A stretch of 52,778 nucleotides of DNA from positions 1-52,778 of the forward strand of contig JAGCLY010000080.1 of NCBI GenBank assembly GCA_017646745.1, read 5' to 3'. Source of the DNA: Clostridia bacterium (GTDB lineage Bacteria > Bacillota > Clostridia > Oscillospirales > CAG-272). Below are positions 17,481-26,987 of the stretch, in pieces; position 1 is the stretch's first letter, and each line of letters starts with the position of its first letter. Position numbers and translations under genes: made by a program. The notes below the pieces were generated by a model, which was not told the DNA's origin, made no database searches, and was given only the letters and a program-made list of their open reading frames with translations.

Positions 17481-18202
17481 CATGAATCTTTATATGCTAT
17501 AGCAAGAGCAGCGGCAGTAATATCCTTACAGCCTAAGGATCTGACGAGCGCAGCCGCCTTACCGACAGAGGCGCCGGTTGTGATAATATCATCAACTATA
17601 ATAACACGCTTCCCTGTTAAATCTATATTCTTCGTTATGTAGAACTGAGCATTCTTAAATCTATCGGCTGTTTCCAAAGATTTTTGCGCAAGCTTTGCTT
17701 TGGATGCTAAGAGCGGGATATACCTTGCTCCAAATCTCTTTGCAACTTCCTTAGCCAGCAAAGCCGACTGATCTATGCCATATTTCACAATAGCCGATTT
17801 ACGCCTGGGAACGTTAATGAAAACACAATCAGCCGGATTGTCAACAGAGTTGCTTATAGCCTTACACAGCAGATCGGCACAGGCGTCTAAAACATCCTGG
17901 CGGTTATCTCTTTTAAGACTGTATATCAATGTATTCCCGGCAGAGGCCTCCTTGCGATCAAGATAGCGGTAGCACTTTATTACACGGCGCACATAATGAG
18001 CTCTCAGAAACTCGTTTGAGCAGCTGCATTTGTCAAGAGGTTTTGCACAGAGAGAACAGTTCCGCGACTTAAAATCTTCAAAAACCGAAGAACATTTAAG
18101 GCAGAGTGCCTTTTGTCCATAATCAAGCTTGGATTTGCAGCAGGTACATTTAGGAACGGACAGGGCGAATAACACCCTGTCCATTAATTCTTTTATTTTC
18201 AT
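17480..18202 (-). CDS. comFC: ComF-family phosphoribosyltransferase-domain protein (ComFC-like)
   Basis: N-terminal Cys4-type zinc finger (CTCC...CLKC, CSLC...CSC) and PRT motif VIIVDDIITTGASV. The start overlaps the glnS stop (TAATG). Confidence 0.8.
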   Translation of the reverse strand: MKIKELMDRVLFALSVPKCTCCKSKLDYGQKALCLKCSSVFEDFKSRNCSLCAKPLDKCSCSNEFLRAHYVRRVIKCYRYLDRKEASAGNTLIYSLKRDNRQDVLDACADLLCKAISNSVDNPADCVFINVPRRKSAIVKYGIDQSALLAKEVAKRFGARYIPLLASKAKLAQKSLETADRFKNAQFYITKNIDLTGKRVIIVDDIITTGASVGKAAALVRSLGCKDITAAALAIAYKDS

Positions 18203-19857
18203 TATTTATTCTTCGGGAAGGAATCCTTAAGACCAACAATACGGTTAAAGGTATTCTCGTGCTTTGTATCCTTTACGAAGTAGCCTGTTCTTACGAACTG
18301 GAATCTCTCACCTGCAGATGCAGACTCAAGCGCGGGCTCAACCTTTGCATTTGCAATCTCGGTAACAGATGCCTTGTTAAGATAATCGTCGTATGTCTTG
18401 TCCTCGGGAATATCGGCTGTATTCTCAATATCAAAGAGGAAGTCGTAAAGCATTACAGTCGCATCCTTAGCATGCTCGGCAGAGAGCCAATGAATAGTTC
18501 CCTTCACCTTTCTACCGTCGATAGGCATACCGTTACCGGTTTCGAGGTCGGCAGTACATCTGATCTCTACAACGTTGCCCTGCTCATCCTTAACGATCTC
18601 GTTACACTTAACGATATATGCACCCATAAGACGAACCTCACCGTCGGGCTTCATTCTGAAGAACTTAGGCGGAGGAACCTCTGCAAAGTCGTCAGCATCA
18701 ATATAAAGCTCACGTGTGAAGGCAACCTTTCTGGTGCCTGCATCGGGGTTGGAAGGATTATTGGGAAGGTCGAAATATTCAACCTTATTCTCGGGATAGT
18801 TGGTTACAACAACCTTGATGGGCTTAAGAATAGCTATTCTTCTCTCAGCGGTAGTATTAAGCTCCTCTCTGATACAATGCTCAAGAAGCTCATAATCAAC
18901 AACACTGTAGGACTTTGCAACACCGGCACGGGCAACAAAATCAAAGATAGAAGCGGGAGTATAGCCTCTGCGACGAAGACCGCAAAGTGTAGGCATTCTG
19001 GGGTCATCCCAGCCGTCAACAAGCTTTTCCTCAACAAGCTTACGCAGGTATCTCTTACTCATTACTGTGTGAGTAACGTTAAGGCGTGCAAACTCACGCT
19101 GCTTGGGCTTTTTCTCAAAGCCGATATTATCGATAACCCACTCATAGAGAGGTCTGTGGTTTTCAAACTCGATGGAACAGAGAGAGTGAGAAATCCCCTC
19201 AAGTGCATCCTGAATGGGATGAGCATAGTCATAAAGAGGATAGATGCACCACTTGTTGCCCTGTCTGTGATGGCTAATATGAACGATACGGTAAATAGCG
19301 GGGTCACGCATGTTCATATTAGAAGAGGACATATCAATCTTAGCACGAAGGGTCTTAGATCCGTCGGTAAACTCGCCATTCTTCATTCTCTCGAAAAGAT
19401 CAAGGTTCTCCTCTACACTTCTATTACGGTAGGGGCTTTCCTTACCGGGAACAGTAAGAGTGCCACGGTACTCACGCATTTCATCTGCGTTAAGGTCGCA
19501 AACGTAAGCCTTGCCGTCCTTGATAAGCTGGATAGCATATTCATAGCACTTATCAAAGTAGTCGGAGCCGTAGAAAATACCTCCGGAGGGCTCGCAGCCA
19601 AGCCACATAAGATCCTCGTATATAGATTCAACGTACTCGTTATCCTCCTTAGAGGGGTTAGTATCATCATAACGAAGGTTAAACTCTCCGCCGTATTTTT
19701 TAGCAGTCATAGCGTTGATCCAAATAGCCTTTGCCGAGCCGATATGAAGATATCCGTTAGGCTCAGGGGGAAATCTGGTATGAATCTTAAGCTCGGGATT
19801 TGCAGCCAGGTCCTCATCAATTATATCATGAATAAAATTACTTCTGAGTTCTTCCAT
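18202..19857 (-). CDS. glnS: Glutamine--tRNA ligase
   Basis: Class I HIGH (PEPNGYLHIGSAKA) and KMSKS-type (VMSKR) motifs, 552 aa from MEELRSNFIHDIIDEDL. The 28-codon extension in the track overlaps the upstream MBL gene and is rejected. Confidence 0.9.
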   Translation of the reverse strand: MEELRSNFIHDIIDEDLAANPELKIHTRFPPEPNGYLHIGSAKAIWINAMTAKKYGGEFNLRYDDTNPSKEDNEYVESIYEDLMWLGCEPSGGIFYGSDYFDKCYEYAIQLIKDGKAYVCDLNADEMREYRGTLTVPGKESPYRNRSVEENLDLFERMKNGEFTDGSKTLRAKIDMSSSNMNMRDPAIYRIVHISHHRQGNKWCIYPLYDYAHPIQDALEGISHSLCSIEFENHRPLYEWVIDNIGFEKKPKQREFARLNVTHTVMSKRYLRKLVEEKLVDGWDDPRMPTLCGLRRRGYTPASIFDFVARAGVAKSYSVVDYELLEHCIREELNTTAERRIAILKPIKVVVTNYPENKVEYFDLPNNPSNPDAGTRKVAFTRELYIDADDFAEVPPPKFFRMKPDGEVRLMGAYIVKCNEIVKDEQGNVVEIRCTADLETGNGMPIDGRKVKGTIHWLSAEHAKDATVMLYDFLFDIENTADIPEDKTYDDYLNKASVTEIANAKVEPALESASAGERFQFVRTGYFVKDTKHENTFNRIVGLKDSFPKNK

Positions 19858-19873
19858 TTTAGTATTCCTTATC

Positions 19874-20470
19874 TTATAAGTAAAGTTTATATTCTCTAAT
19901 AGTTGTGCTATTACCGTGACCGGAGTAAACACGTGTTTCATCGGGCAGATTTATAAGCCGCTTAATTGATTCTCGCATCATAACAAAATTGCCGGTGGGA
20001 AGGTCAAATCGGCCGTAACCGCCATTCTCAAATATGGTATCACCTACAAAGGCATTGCCATCGCAAAGATATGTCACACTGCCAATAGTATGTCCGGGAC
20101 AATACATTAGACTGATCCTATCATCACCAAGGGGGAGAACACCGCCGTTTTCGATAGCAAAGGCATCGCCGTAAAATCCATTATCGCTACCGTTAAAAAG
20201 CTTGTAGCAGTTGCGCATGGGATCGCTGAGCGCATCTTTCTCGTCTATTGAGCAGATAACCTTAGCATCGGTGTTAGCCACCCAGCTGTCGATATCTAGG
20301 ATGTGATCAAAATGGGCATGAGTTAGCAAAATATACTTAAGCCTTCCCTGACAAAGCTCGGGGCTGTACGGCACGGTTGGATCAATGATTGCACATTCAC
20401 CGCCCGATGATATCATATAACAGTTGGCCGCAAACGAGTGCGGTGAGTCCAAAAGAGTGATATTCAGCAT
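19874..20470 (-). CDS. MBL-fold metallo-hydrolase
   Basis: LTHAHFDH metal-binding motif, PGHTIGS, 198 aa, RBS AGGAGGGA. Confidence 0.85.
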   Translation of the reverse strand: MLNITLLDSPHSFAANCYMISSGGECAIIDPTVPYSPELCQGRLKYILLTHAHFDHILDIDSWVANTDAKVICSIDEKDALSDPMRNCYKLFNGSDNGFYGDAFAIENGGVLPLGDDRISLMYCPGHTIGSVTYLCDGNAFVGDTIFENGGYGRFDLPTGNFVMMRESIKRLINLPDETRVYSGHGNSTTIREYKLYL

Positions 20471-20590
20471 ACGTCCCTCCTATATTTTTTAAATCACATA
20501 ATAGTATATCATATATATTATAAAATGTCCAGCATTTTTTAGACAAATATTAACTTTTTTCCTTTAAAATCATAAAATAAAAACAGAGGT

Positions 20591-20857
20591 ATGATGATGC
20601 TTCCCTATGATTATATCTCAAGGATAAGGAGTGAGGACTTGAATAAAACGGTATTTTTGCTGGACTCTGTCAGTTATGCTATAAAGCTTAGGCGTTTGCT
20701 TTCACGTGAAAATATAAAATCCACTCTTGTAAAGGTGGTTACCTCAGCCCACGGCTGTAGCCACGGTGTTGAGGTTTCGGACAATGATTTTTACCGTGTT
20801 ATAGTCATATTAAAGGATAACGATATGCCATATAGGATAGAAACCAAAACGAAATGA
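20591..20857 (+). CDS. DUF3343-like small protein (putative S/Se carrier partner of the downstream desulfurase)
   Basis: The core VFLLDSVSYAIKLRRLLSRENIKSTLVKV...GCSHGVEV fits DUF3343. The true start may be TTG at 20639, with AAGGAG 7 nt upstream. The stop overlaps the next start (ATGA). Confidence 0.6.
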   Translation: MMMLPYDYISRIRSEDLNKTVFLLDSVSYAIKLRRLLSRENIKSTLVKVVTSAHGCSHGVEVSDNDFYRVIVILKDNDMPYRIETKTK

Positions 20858-21972
20858 TTTATCTTGACAATGCGGCGACGAGCTTTCCTAAGCCACGGGC
20901 TGTAATCAGAGATTTAAATTTCTGCCTCAAAAAATATTGCGGAAATCCGGGAAGAAGCTCACATAAGCTATCTATTAAAGCGATAGAAGAGATTTATAAC
21001 ACACGTGAGCTTATAGCCGAAATGATTGACGCAGAAGGTGCTGAGCATATAATTTTCACCTACAATGCGACCTATGCATTGAATATTGCGATTAAATCCT
21101 ATGTCAGTGAAAAATGTCATATTATCACCTCTGACTTTGAGCATAATTCTGTTATTCGTCCCCTAGAGAGCTTGAAGCAAAGCCTTGGAGTTGAGTACAG
21201 CCTTATTGACACGGCCAAAGATATTAGAACCGAGCTTAACAAAGCGCTCAGACCTGATACAAAGGGAATAATTTGCTCTATCTGCTCTAATGTTTTCGGC
21301 AGATCGCTTCCCTTATCCGTCCTATCAGAATTTGCAAAAACCAACTCGCTTTTTCTTATTATAGATGCCTCGCAGGCGTTGGGTCATATGCATATAGATT
21401 TAAAAAAGACCCCTTGCGATGCTCTTTGTGCACCGGGCCACAAGTCCTTATTTGGAATTCAAGGCTGTGGCTTTGCCTATTTCAAGGATAAATATCGTAG
21501 AAAATGCCTGATCGAGGGCGGTAGCGGAGCAAACAGTATCGATAAGGAAATGCCAATGCTTTTGCCCGAGGGATATGAGGCCGGTACACTGTCTACGCCT
21601 GCTATTATATCACTGGGTGCAGGAATACGGTTTATAAATAAGATAGGACTGGATGAAATAAGCTCAAAGCTTAACGCAATGACACAAAGCCTTTATGATC
21701 GGCTGAGATATATTAAAGAAATTGATGCTTATCCTGTCGGATGCGGACTTTTATCATTTAATATAAAGGATATTTCATCATCCGTTATAGCAAAGGAGCT
21801 TGATAACGCCGGAATCTGCGTACGTGGTGGATTGCATTGTGCCCCCTCTGCCCATAAAATACTCGGAACGCTAGGCCAAGGTGCCGTCAGAGCATCATTA
21901 TCCTATCTTAACAGCCAGGGGGATATTGAATATCTTTACAAGGTGACGCGGGAAATCGCAAATAAAATATAA
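20854..21972 (+). CDS. Class V aminotransferase / cysteine desulfurase family protein
   Basis: IYLDNAATSFPKP, a PLP-lysine context (GHKSLFGIQGCG), and GLHCAPSAHKILGT. 372 aa. Confidence 0.85.
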   Translation: MIYLDNAATSFPKPRAVIRDLNFCLKKYCGNPGRSSHKLSIKAIEEIYNTRELIAEMIDAEGAEHIIFTYNATYALNIAIKSYVSEKCHIITSDFEHNSVIRPLESLKQSLGVEYSLIDTAKDIRTELNKALRPDTKGIICSICSNVFGRSLPLSVLSEFAKTNSLFLIIDASQALGHMHIDLKKTPCDALCAPGHKSLFGIQGCGFAYFKDKYRRKCLIEGGSGANSIDKEMPMLLPEGYEAGTLSTPAIISLGAGIRFINKIGLDEISSKLNAMTQSLYDRLRYIKEIDAYPVGCGLLSFNIKDISSSVIAKELDNAGICVRGGLHCAPSAHKILGTLGQGAVRASLSYLNSQGDIEYLYKVTREIANKI

Positions 21973-21974
21973 AA

Positions 21975-22011
21975 AAGGGTTACTCAGGAAAATTTCCATA
22001 AAGTAACCCTT
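21975..22011. terminator. Hairpin between the convergent desulfurase and aroK genes
   Basis: 10-bp stem AAGGGTTACT/AGTAACCCTT with a 17-nt loop. An A6 run on the left gives a T-run for the minus-strand transcript. Confidence 0.6.
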
Positions 22012-22015
22012 AATA

Positions 22016-22534
22016 TTATTTCTGCCCTGATTTATTCAAGTATTTTTCAATTTTATCAATAGCCTCTCGCTTGTATTTAGCAAAGTATGTACCATTGCAA
22101 TTTACAGTTATATCGGCATATTTTTCAAAAAGAGGGGCTCTCTCGTTATAAAGATCCTGCATGGTCATACCTTTTTTAAGCACAACGCCACGCTGAGAAA
22201 AATCAACCATACGGTTTGCAATAACCTCAGCAGATGCATAAAGGTAAACGACTATTCCCTTTTCCTTAAACTGATCCATAACTGCCGGATAATATACTGC
22301 GCTGCCACCGGGGGTGAAAACAATGTTGTCCTCTTTTATAGTAAGAAGAGTTTCCTCCTCAATAGCCTTAAAGCCGTCAAGACCGTCCTCATCCATGATC
22401 TGCTGAAGACGTCTTCCTGTGCGCTTTTCAATAACCTTATCACCATCAATAAGCTTCATACCGAATTTTTTAGCTATTGCTCTGCCCATAACAGATTTAC
22501 CAACAGCAGGCATACCTATTAGAGTAATGGTCAT
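22016..22534 (-). CDS. aroK: Shikimate kinase
   Basis: MTITLIGMPAVGKSVMGRAIAKKFGMKLIDGDKVIE (P-loop plus shikimate-binding D.D). 172 aa. The start overlaps the GH13 stop (ATGA). Confidence 0.85.
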   Translation of the reverse strand: MTITLIGMPAVGKSVMGRAIAKKFGMKLIDGDKVIEKRTGRRLQQIMDEDGLDGFKAIEEETLLTIKEDNIVFTPGGSAVYYPAVMDQFKEKGIVVYLYASAEVIANRMVDFSQRGVVLKKGMTMQDLYNERAPLFEKYADITVNCNGTYFAKYKREAIDKIEKYLNKSGQK

Positions 22535-24465
22535 AATACATTTCCTCCGGATATCTCAACGTGGGTGTCTAAGGAAAGCTTATATACACCTGCGCCAAAG
22601 GCCTCAAGTGTAAAGGAAATGGATCTTTTGTTATTTAAAAGATCAAGTCCGTCGTTGTCAAAGCTGAATATGAGGGCGCTATCGGTATTGTTAACAATAG
22701 TAACAAACTTGCTTTCTCCGGCGCATCTTGAGAATATAAGAAGATCCTTATCTAAATAACAAAGCTTAAACTCGCCCTCTTTATATACCTCGTTGGCAAT
22801 ACGCATCTGTCCGAGGCGCTTGTAATGCTCAATGAGACGCGTGTCCTCCTTGCCCCAAGGATAGGGCATTCTGTTGAAGGGGTCACGGTAACCCTCAAGA
22901 CCTGCCTCGTCACCGTAAAAGATGGTAGGAAGTCCGGGCATAGTAGCAAGGATAGTATATGCCGTCATAAGCCGCTTGATAGCGTAATTTCTCTTGCCGG
23001 GATCCATACGAAGCCTTGCAAGCTGATAATTACTCATTCCCTCGGTGCTCTCATCACCAAGCACGGTAAGAATACGCTCGGTATCATGAGTTCCGAGAAG
23101 GTTCATCTGATTATGAAGAACACGGTTCGGTGCATTTGCCGTAACGTCGCACATTGCATATGCCAGCTTATCGGTGCCACGGCCTGTAAGGTAATCAATA
23201 ATACCCGATCTGAGCGGATAATTCATTACTCCGTCAAGCTCGTGACCGAGATAATAACGTCTTCTGCTGCCGTAAGAGCTCTTGTTAGACGCATCCTCCC
23301 AAACCTCGCCGTACAGAATTCTATCCTTGGAGGGAGCGGAAAGCTTATGCTTGATTTTAGCTATAAAATCGTCCGAAAGCTCGTCGGCAACGTCAAGGCG
23401 GAAGCCGTAAATACCCATCTTGGCATACTTGTCAACAACGCCGTTGTCACCTACAAAATAATCCCCACATTCGGGTTTGTCGGGGTTAATTCTCGGCAGA
23501 ATTTCAATTCCCCACCATGATGTATACTGCGTGGGGTGCTGCTGAAAGTCATACCAGCTGTAATACGGAGAACTCTTGGACTGGTAAGCACCAAGCTCCT
23601 TATATCTGCCGTAACGGTTAAAATATATGCTGTCAGAGCCGGTATGATTAAACACACCGTCAAGAATAATCTCAATTCCCTTCTCATGCGCCGCCTTAAG
23701 CAATGCGCAAAAAGCCTTCTCGCCACCAAAGATCGGATCAACCGACATATAATCTGCGGTATCATACTTATGATTGGAATATGCACGGAATATGGGGCTA
23801 AGGTAAATTGCAGAAGTTCCCAGAGATTTGATGTAATCAAGCTTTTCGATAATTCCCCACAGCGTACCGCCCCAGAAGGTGTTGTTATAAAGGGGTGCGC
23901 CGGGGTATTCGGGATATTCGGGAATTATCTTCCAGTCGTTACGCATAATCCTTGCTCCGTCCGGAATGCTATATTCCCCACCACGGTTAAATCTGTCAAC
24001 AAATACGTGATAGATCACACCGCCACGTATTTTCTTCGGTTCCTTATACTTAAAGTCACAGATAGAAAGCTGAAGCATATTTGTAAGCTCTGATTTAGTA
24101 TCAAAGTAAATTCCGCCTGCCCATCTGTGGCCGTAAAGCTCTGCTCCAAGCACCAAAAGGCGCGGTCTCATAAAATACAAGCCCGTGCCCAGGTTATATT
24201 CACTTAAATCAAAAATATAGCTGTCGTATTCGCCAGAAAATCCAGTCCACTCGCCCTTAAGATCGGCAAGCTTAGAACAAACGCTCTCGTCATAAATTTC
24301 CATATATGCGTCGATTACGCCGATAGCTCTGGGAATAGAAAGGTGTATCTCTGCTTTTTCGTTAATTTCGAAGGCGGTTGAGATGCTCGCCTTGCCGTTA
24401 TGAATATACTCATACTCAGCTCGATTGTGCTGCATCTCAACCACCGAAAAGTGATGTGGTTTCAC
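22531..24465 (-). CDS. GH13 alpha-amylase-family glycosidase (neopullulanase/amylopullulanase-like)
   Basis: GH13 regions DGVFNHTG, GFRLDVADEL, GEVWEDAS and LLGTHDTERI. GTG start has AAGAGG 5 nt upstream. Confidence 0.85.
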   Translation of the reverse strand: MKPHHFSVVEMQHNRAEYEYIHNGKASISTAFEINEKAEIHLSIPRAIGVIDAYMEIYDESVCSKLADLKGEWTGFSGEYDSYIFDLSEYNLGTGLYFMRPRLLVLGAELYGHRWAGGIYFDTKSELTNMLQLSICDFKYKEPKKIRGGVIYHVFVDRFNRGGEYSIPDGARIMRNDWKIIPEYPEYPGAPLYNNTFWGGTLWGIIEKLDYIKSLGTSAIYLSPIFRAYSNHKYDTADYMSVDPIFGGEKAFCALLKAAHEKGIEIILDGVFNHTGSDSIYFNRYGRYKELGAYQSKSSPYYSWYDFQQHPTQYTSWWGIEILPRINPDKPECGDYFVGDNGVVDKYAKMGIYGFRLDVADELSDDFIAKIKHKLSAPSKDRILYGEVWEDASNKSSYGSRRRYYLGHELDGVMNYPLRSGIIDYLTGRGTDKLAYAMCDVTANAPNRVLHNQMNLLGTHDTERILTVLGDESTEGMSNYQLARLRMDPGKRNYAIKRLMTAYTILATMPGLPTIFYGDEAGLEGYRDPFNRMPYPWGKEDTRLIEHYKRLGQMRIANEVYKEGEFKLCYLDKDLLIFSRCAGESKFVTIVNNTDSALIFSFDNDGLDLLNNKRSISFTLEAFGAGVYKLSLDTHVEISGGNVL

Positions 24466-24489
24466 AAAAACCTCTTAAAAAGTTATATA

Positions 24490-26961
24490 TTACTTGATCT
24501 TGTTAATGGGAGTTGCATGCCAGATGTTCTCTGCATAGTTTCTGATAGAATTATCAGATGCAAACACACCGCTGGTTGCAGTGTTCATAAGCGACATTCT
24601 GGACCACTTGGTTCTGTCTGCATAATCCTTCATCGCCATGCGATAGGTGTGAGTATAGGATTCGAAGTCAGCAAGACACATGAAGGGGTCTGCTACGCCG
24701 TTAACTGCATTGATAAGGTAGTCAGCAATATGAGAGAAGTTCTGACCTGCGATGGGAGAATAGAATCTGTCAACAACACGGCGAAGATGCTCGGAGCTGT
24801 GATAGTACTTTCTCGCATTGTAGCCGGATTTCCAGAGCTCGTCCACCTCGTCGCTGTTAAGACCGAAGATGTAGATGTTATCCTTGCCGCATGCGTCATA
24901 GATCTCAACGTTAGCACCGTCCATGGTACCCATGGTGATCGCACCGTTCATCATAAGCTTCATACAGCCTGTACCGCTGGCTTCCTTACCTGCAAGAGAA
25001 ATCTGCTCAGAAATATCTGCCGAAGGAATAAGAACCTCTGCAAGAGAAACGTTGTACTCCTCCATGAATACGATCTTGATCTTATCACGGGTGAGAGGAT
25101 TTCTCTCAAGCTCCTCAGAGAGGAACCAGATAAGCTTGATAAGCTTCTTAGCCATAACGTAGCTGGGAGCAGCCTTACAGCCGAAGATGAAGGTCTGGGG
25201 AGGAATATCAGCATTGGGGTTGTCCATAATCTCGGTGTAAAGCGACATAATCTTAAGCACGTTAAGAAGCTGACGCTTGTACTCGTGCATTCTCTTGATC
25301 TGAACGTCAAAGATAGAGTTAGTGTCTATGCGCTTGCCGGTCTTATTATATGCATAATAAGCAAAGGTTTCCTTATTATGATGCTTGATATCTGCGATTC
25401 TCTCAAGAACAGCCTTGTCATTCTTATAATCAGCGAGGCCGATAAGCTCACGACCGTCATCCTTGAAGCCCTCACCGATAAGCTCGGTAAGAAGGTTGGT
25501 AAGTCCGGGGTTGGAGTAGTTAAGCCATCTTCTGTGAACAACGCCGTTGGTAACGTTAGTAAACTTCCAGGGGGTCATCTTATAGAAATCATGGAAAATG
25601 GTCTTCTTAAGAATATCGCTGTGGAGCTTGGAAACGCCGTTTACGGTATGAGAGCCAACGATAGAAAGGTTAGCCATTCTTACCTGGTTGTATGCTACGA
25701 TAGCCATTCTGGAAATTCTGTTCCAGTCACCGGGATAGAGATTCCAGAGGTCGGCGGTAAAGCGGCGGTTGATCTCGTTAACGATCATAAGAATTCTGGG
25801 CAGCTTCATGCCGAAGAGATCAATTCTCCAGCACTCAAGAGCCTCGGGAAGGACGGTGTGGTTGGTGTAAGAAACAGACTTAACAACAACGCTCCACGCA
25901 TCATCCCAGCTATAGCCGTACTGGTCCATAAGGATACGCATAAGCTCAGGAATGCAAAGCGCGGGGTGAGTATCGTTGATGTGAATAGATACGTTGTCCT
26001 CAAAGCCTGCAAGGGTTCCATGCTCTCCAAGGTAATCGTTGAGAATGTTCTGCAGAGATGCAGAAACAAGGAAATACTGCTGGGTAAGTCTGAGAAGCTT
26101 ACCGCCGTCATAGTTATCCGGGGGATAAAGCTGCTTGGTAATCGACTCGGCATTGAAATCGGGAGAGAAGTTCTTAACGTAGCTGCCCTGAGTTGCATAA
26201 CTGGAAGCAGGCTGAGAAACGGGCTTTGCTCTCCAAAGACGAATAACGTTTACAGCATTAGTATTAGTACCGGGGATAAGAATATCGTAAGGTACTGCGT
26301 TTACCTCATCGTAGTCATAGTTGTTTACGGTATACTTACCGTTTTCCCACTTTTCCTCAATCTTGCCGCCGAATCTTACGGTAAGAGTTCTGTGAGTTCT
26401 GGGAACAAGACGAACGCCGCCGGAAGCAAGCCACTCATCAGAGAGCTCAACCTGCTCACCGTCAACTATCTTCTGACGGAAGAGGCCGTTCTCATAAAGA
26501 AGAGAATATCCGTGAGCGAAGTAATCCTGTGCGGTAAGAGAGTCCATAAAGCAGGCTGCAAGTCTGCCAAGACCGCCATTACCAAGGCCGGGGTCAACCT
26601 CACACTCATAAACCTTGTCAAAGGATGTGCCGAAGTCCTCAAGAACCTCGCAGAGCTCGTTATAAATACCAAGGTTCATAGAGTCATTCTTAAGCGCACG
26701 GCCTACGAGGAACTCCATGCAGAGGTATACGATCTTTTTGCCACCCGATGCCTTGGTTCTCTTCTTGAATGCCTCGCGGTACTCAAGCATAATGTCCTTA
26801 ATAGCGAGGAAGGATGCCTGATAAAGCTGCTCGGGAGTAGCCTTATGAGCGTTAAAGATACCTCGAGTAATGAGCTTAGCTTCAATTCTTTCTTTAAGCT
26901 CCTGCTTGGTGATCTTTTCCTTCTCACCTACCATTGAATTTGCGATTGTTTCACTGTTCAT
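24490..26961 (-). CDS. glgP: Glycogen/maltodextrin phosphorylase
   Basis: 823 aa. GLGNGGLGRLAACF, HINDTHPAL, and the PLP-site context EASGTGCMKLMMNGA. Confidence 0.95.
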   Translation of the reverse strand: MNSETIANSMVGEKEKITKQELKERIEAKLITRGIFNAHKATPEQLYQASFLAIKDIMLEYREAFKKRTKASGGKKIVYLCMEFLVGRALKNDSMNLGIYNELCEVLEDFGTSFDKVYECEVDPGLGNGGLGRLAACFMDSLTAQDYFAHGYSLLYENGLFRQKIVDGEQVELSDEWLASGGVRLVPRTHRTLTVRFGGKIEEKWENGKYTVNNYDYDEVNAVPYDILIPGTNTNAVNVIRLWRAKPVSQPASSYATQGSYVKNFSPDFNAESITKQLYPPDNYDGGKLLRLTQQYFLVSASLQNILNDYLGEHGTLAGFEDNVSIHINDTHPALCIPELMRILMDQYGYSWDDAWSVVVKSVSYTNHTVLPEALECWRIDLFGMKLPRILMIVNEINRRFTADLWNLYPGDWNRISRMAIVAYNQVRMANLSIVGSHTVNGVSKLHSDILKKTIFHDFYKMTPWKFTNVTNGVVHRRWLNYSNPGLTNLLTELIGEGFKDDGRELIGLADYKNDKAVLERIADIKHHNKETFAYYAYNKTGKRIDTNSIFDVQIKRMHEYKRQLLNVLKIMSLYTEIMDNPNADIPPQTFIFGCKAAPSYVMAKKLIKLIWFLSEELERNPLTRDKIKIVFMEEYNVSLAEVLIPSADISEQISLAGKEASGTGCMKLMMNGAITMGTMDGANVEIYDACGKDNIYIFGLNSDEVDELWKSGYNARKYYHSSEHLRRVVDRFYSPIAGQNFSHIADYLINAVNGVADPFMCLADFESYTHTYRMAMKDYADRTKWSRMSLMNTATSGVFASDNSIRNYAENIWHATPINKIK

Positions 26962-26987
26962 TGCTAAATTTTCCTATCGAATGTTTA

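Noticed and set aside
19858-19941. N-terminal extensions given by the ORF track for glnS (to 19941), glgD (to 29627), glgB (to 32667), the COG2509 protein (to 44135), the BaiN-like protein (from 49130), cmk (from 50361), yabP/yabQ and the P-loop gene.
   Set aside because: Each extension overlaps the neighbouring gene or lacks an RBS. An internal ATG preceded by a good Shine-Dalgarno sequence coincides with the start of family-typical sequence.
24400-26937. Very long antisense ORFs opposite real genes. Examples: 845 aa opposite glgP (24400-26937), 860 aa opposite relA (37573-40155), 546 aa opposite glnS (18259-19899), 435 and 444 aa opposite glgD/glgC/glgB, 362 aa opposite prs, and 399 aa opposite lgt.
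   Set aside because: For the five pairs checked (glgP, relA, glnS, prs, lgt), the antisense ORF is in the codon-aligned mirror frame, with start coordinates congruent mod 3 to the sense gene. A stop there arises only from sense TTA, CTA or TCA codons, which this genome evidently avoids. Their translations are low-complexity (L/V/I/N/S-rich) and they lack RBSs, while the sense strands carry unmistakable family motifs. They are shadow ORFs, not overlapping genes.
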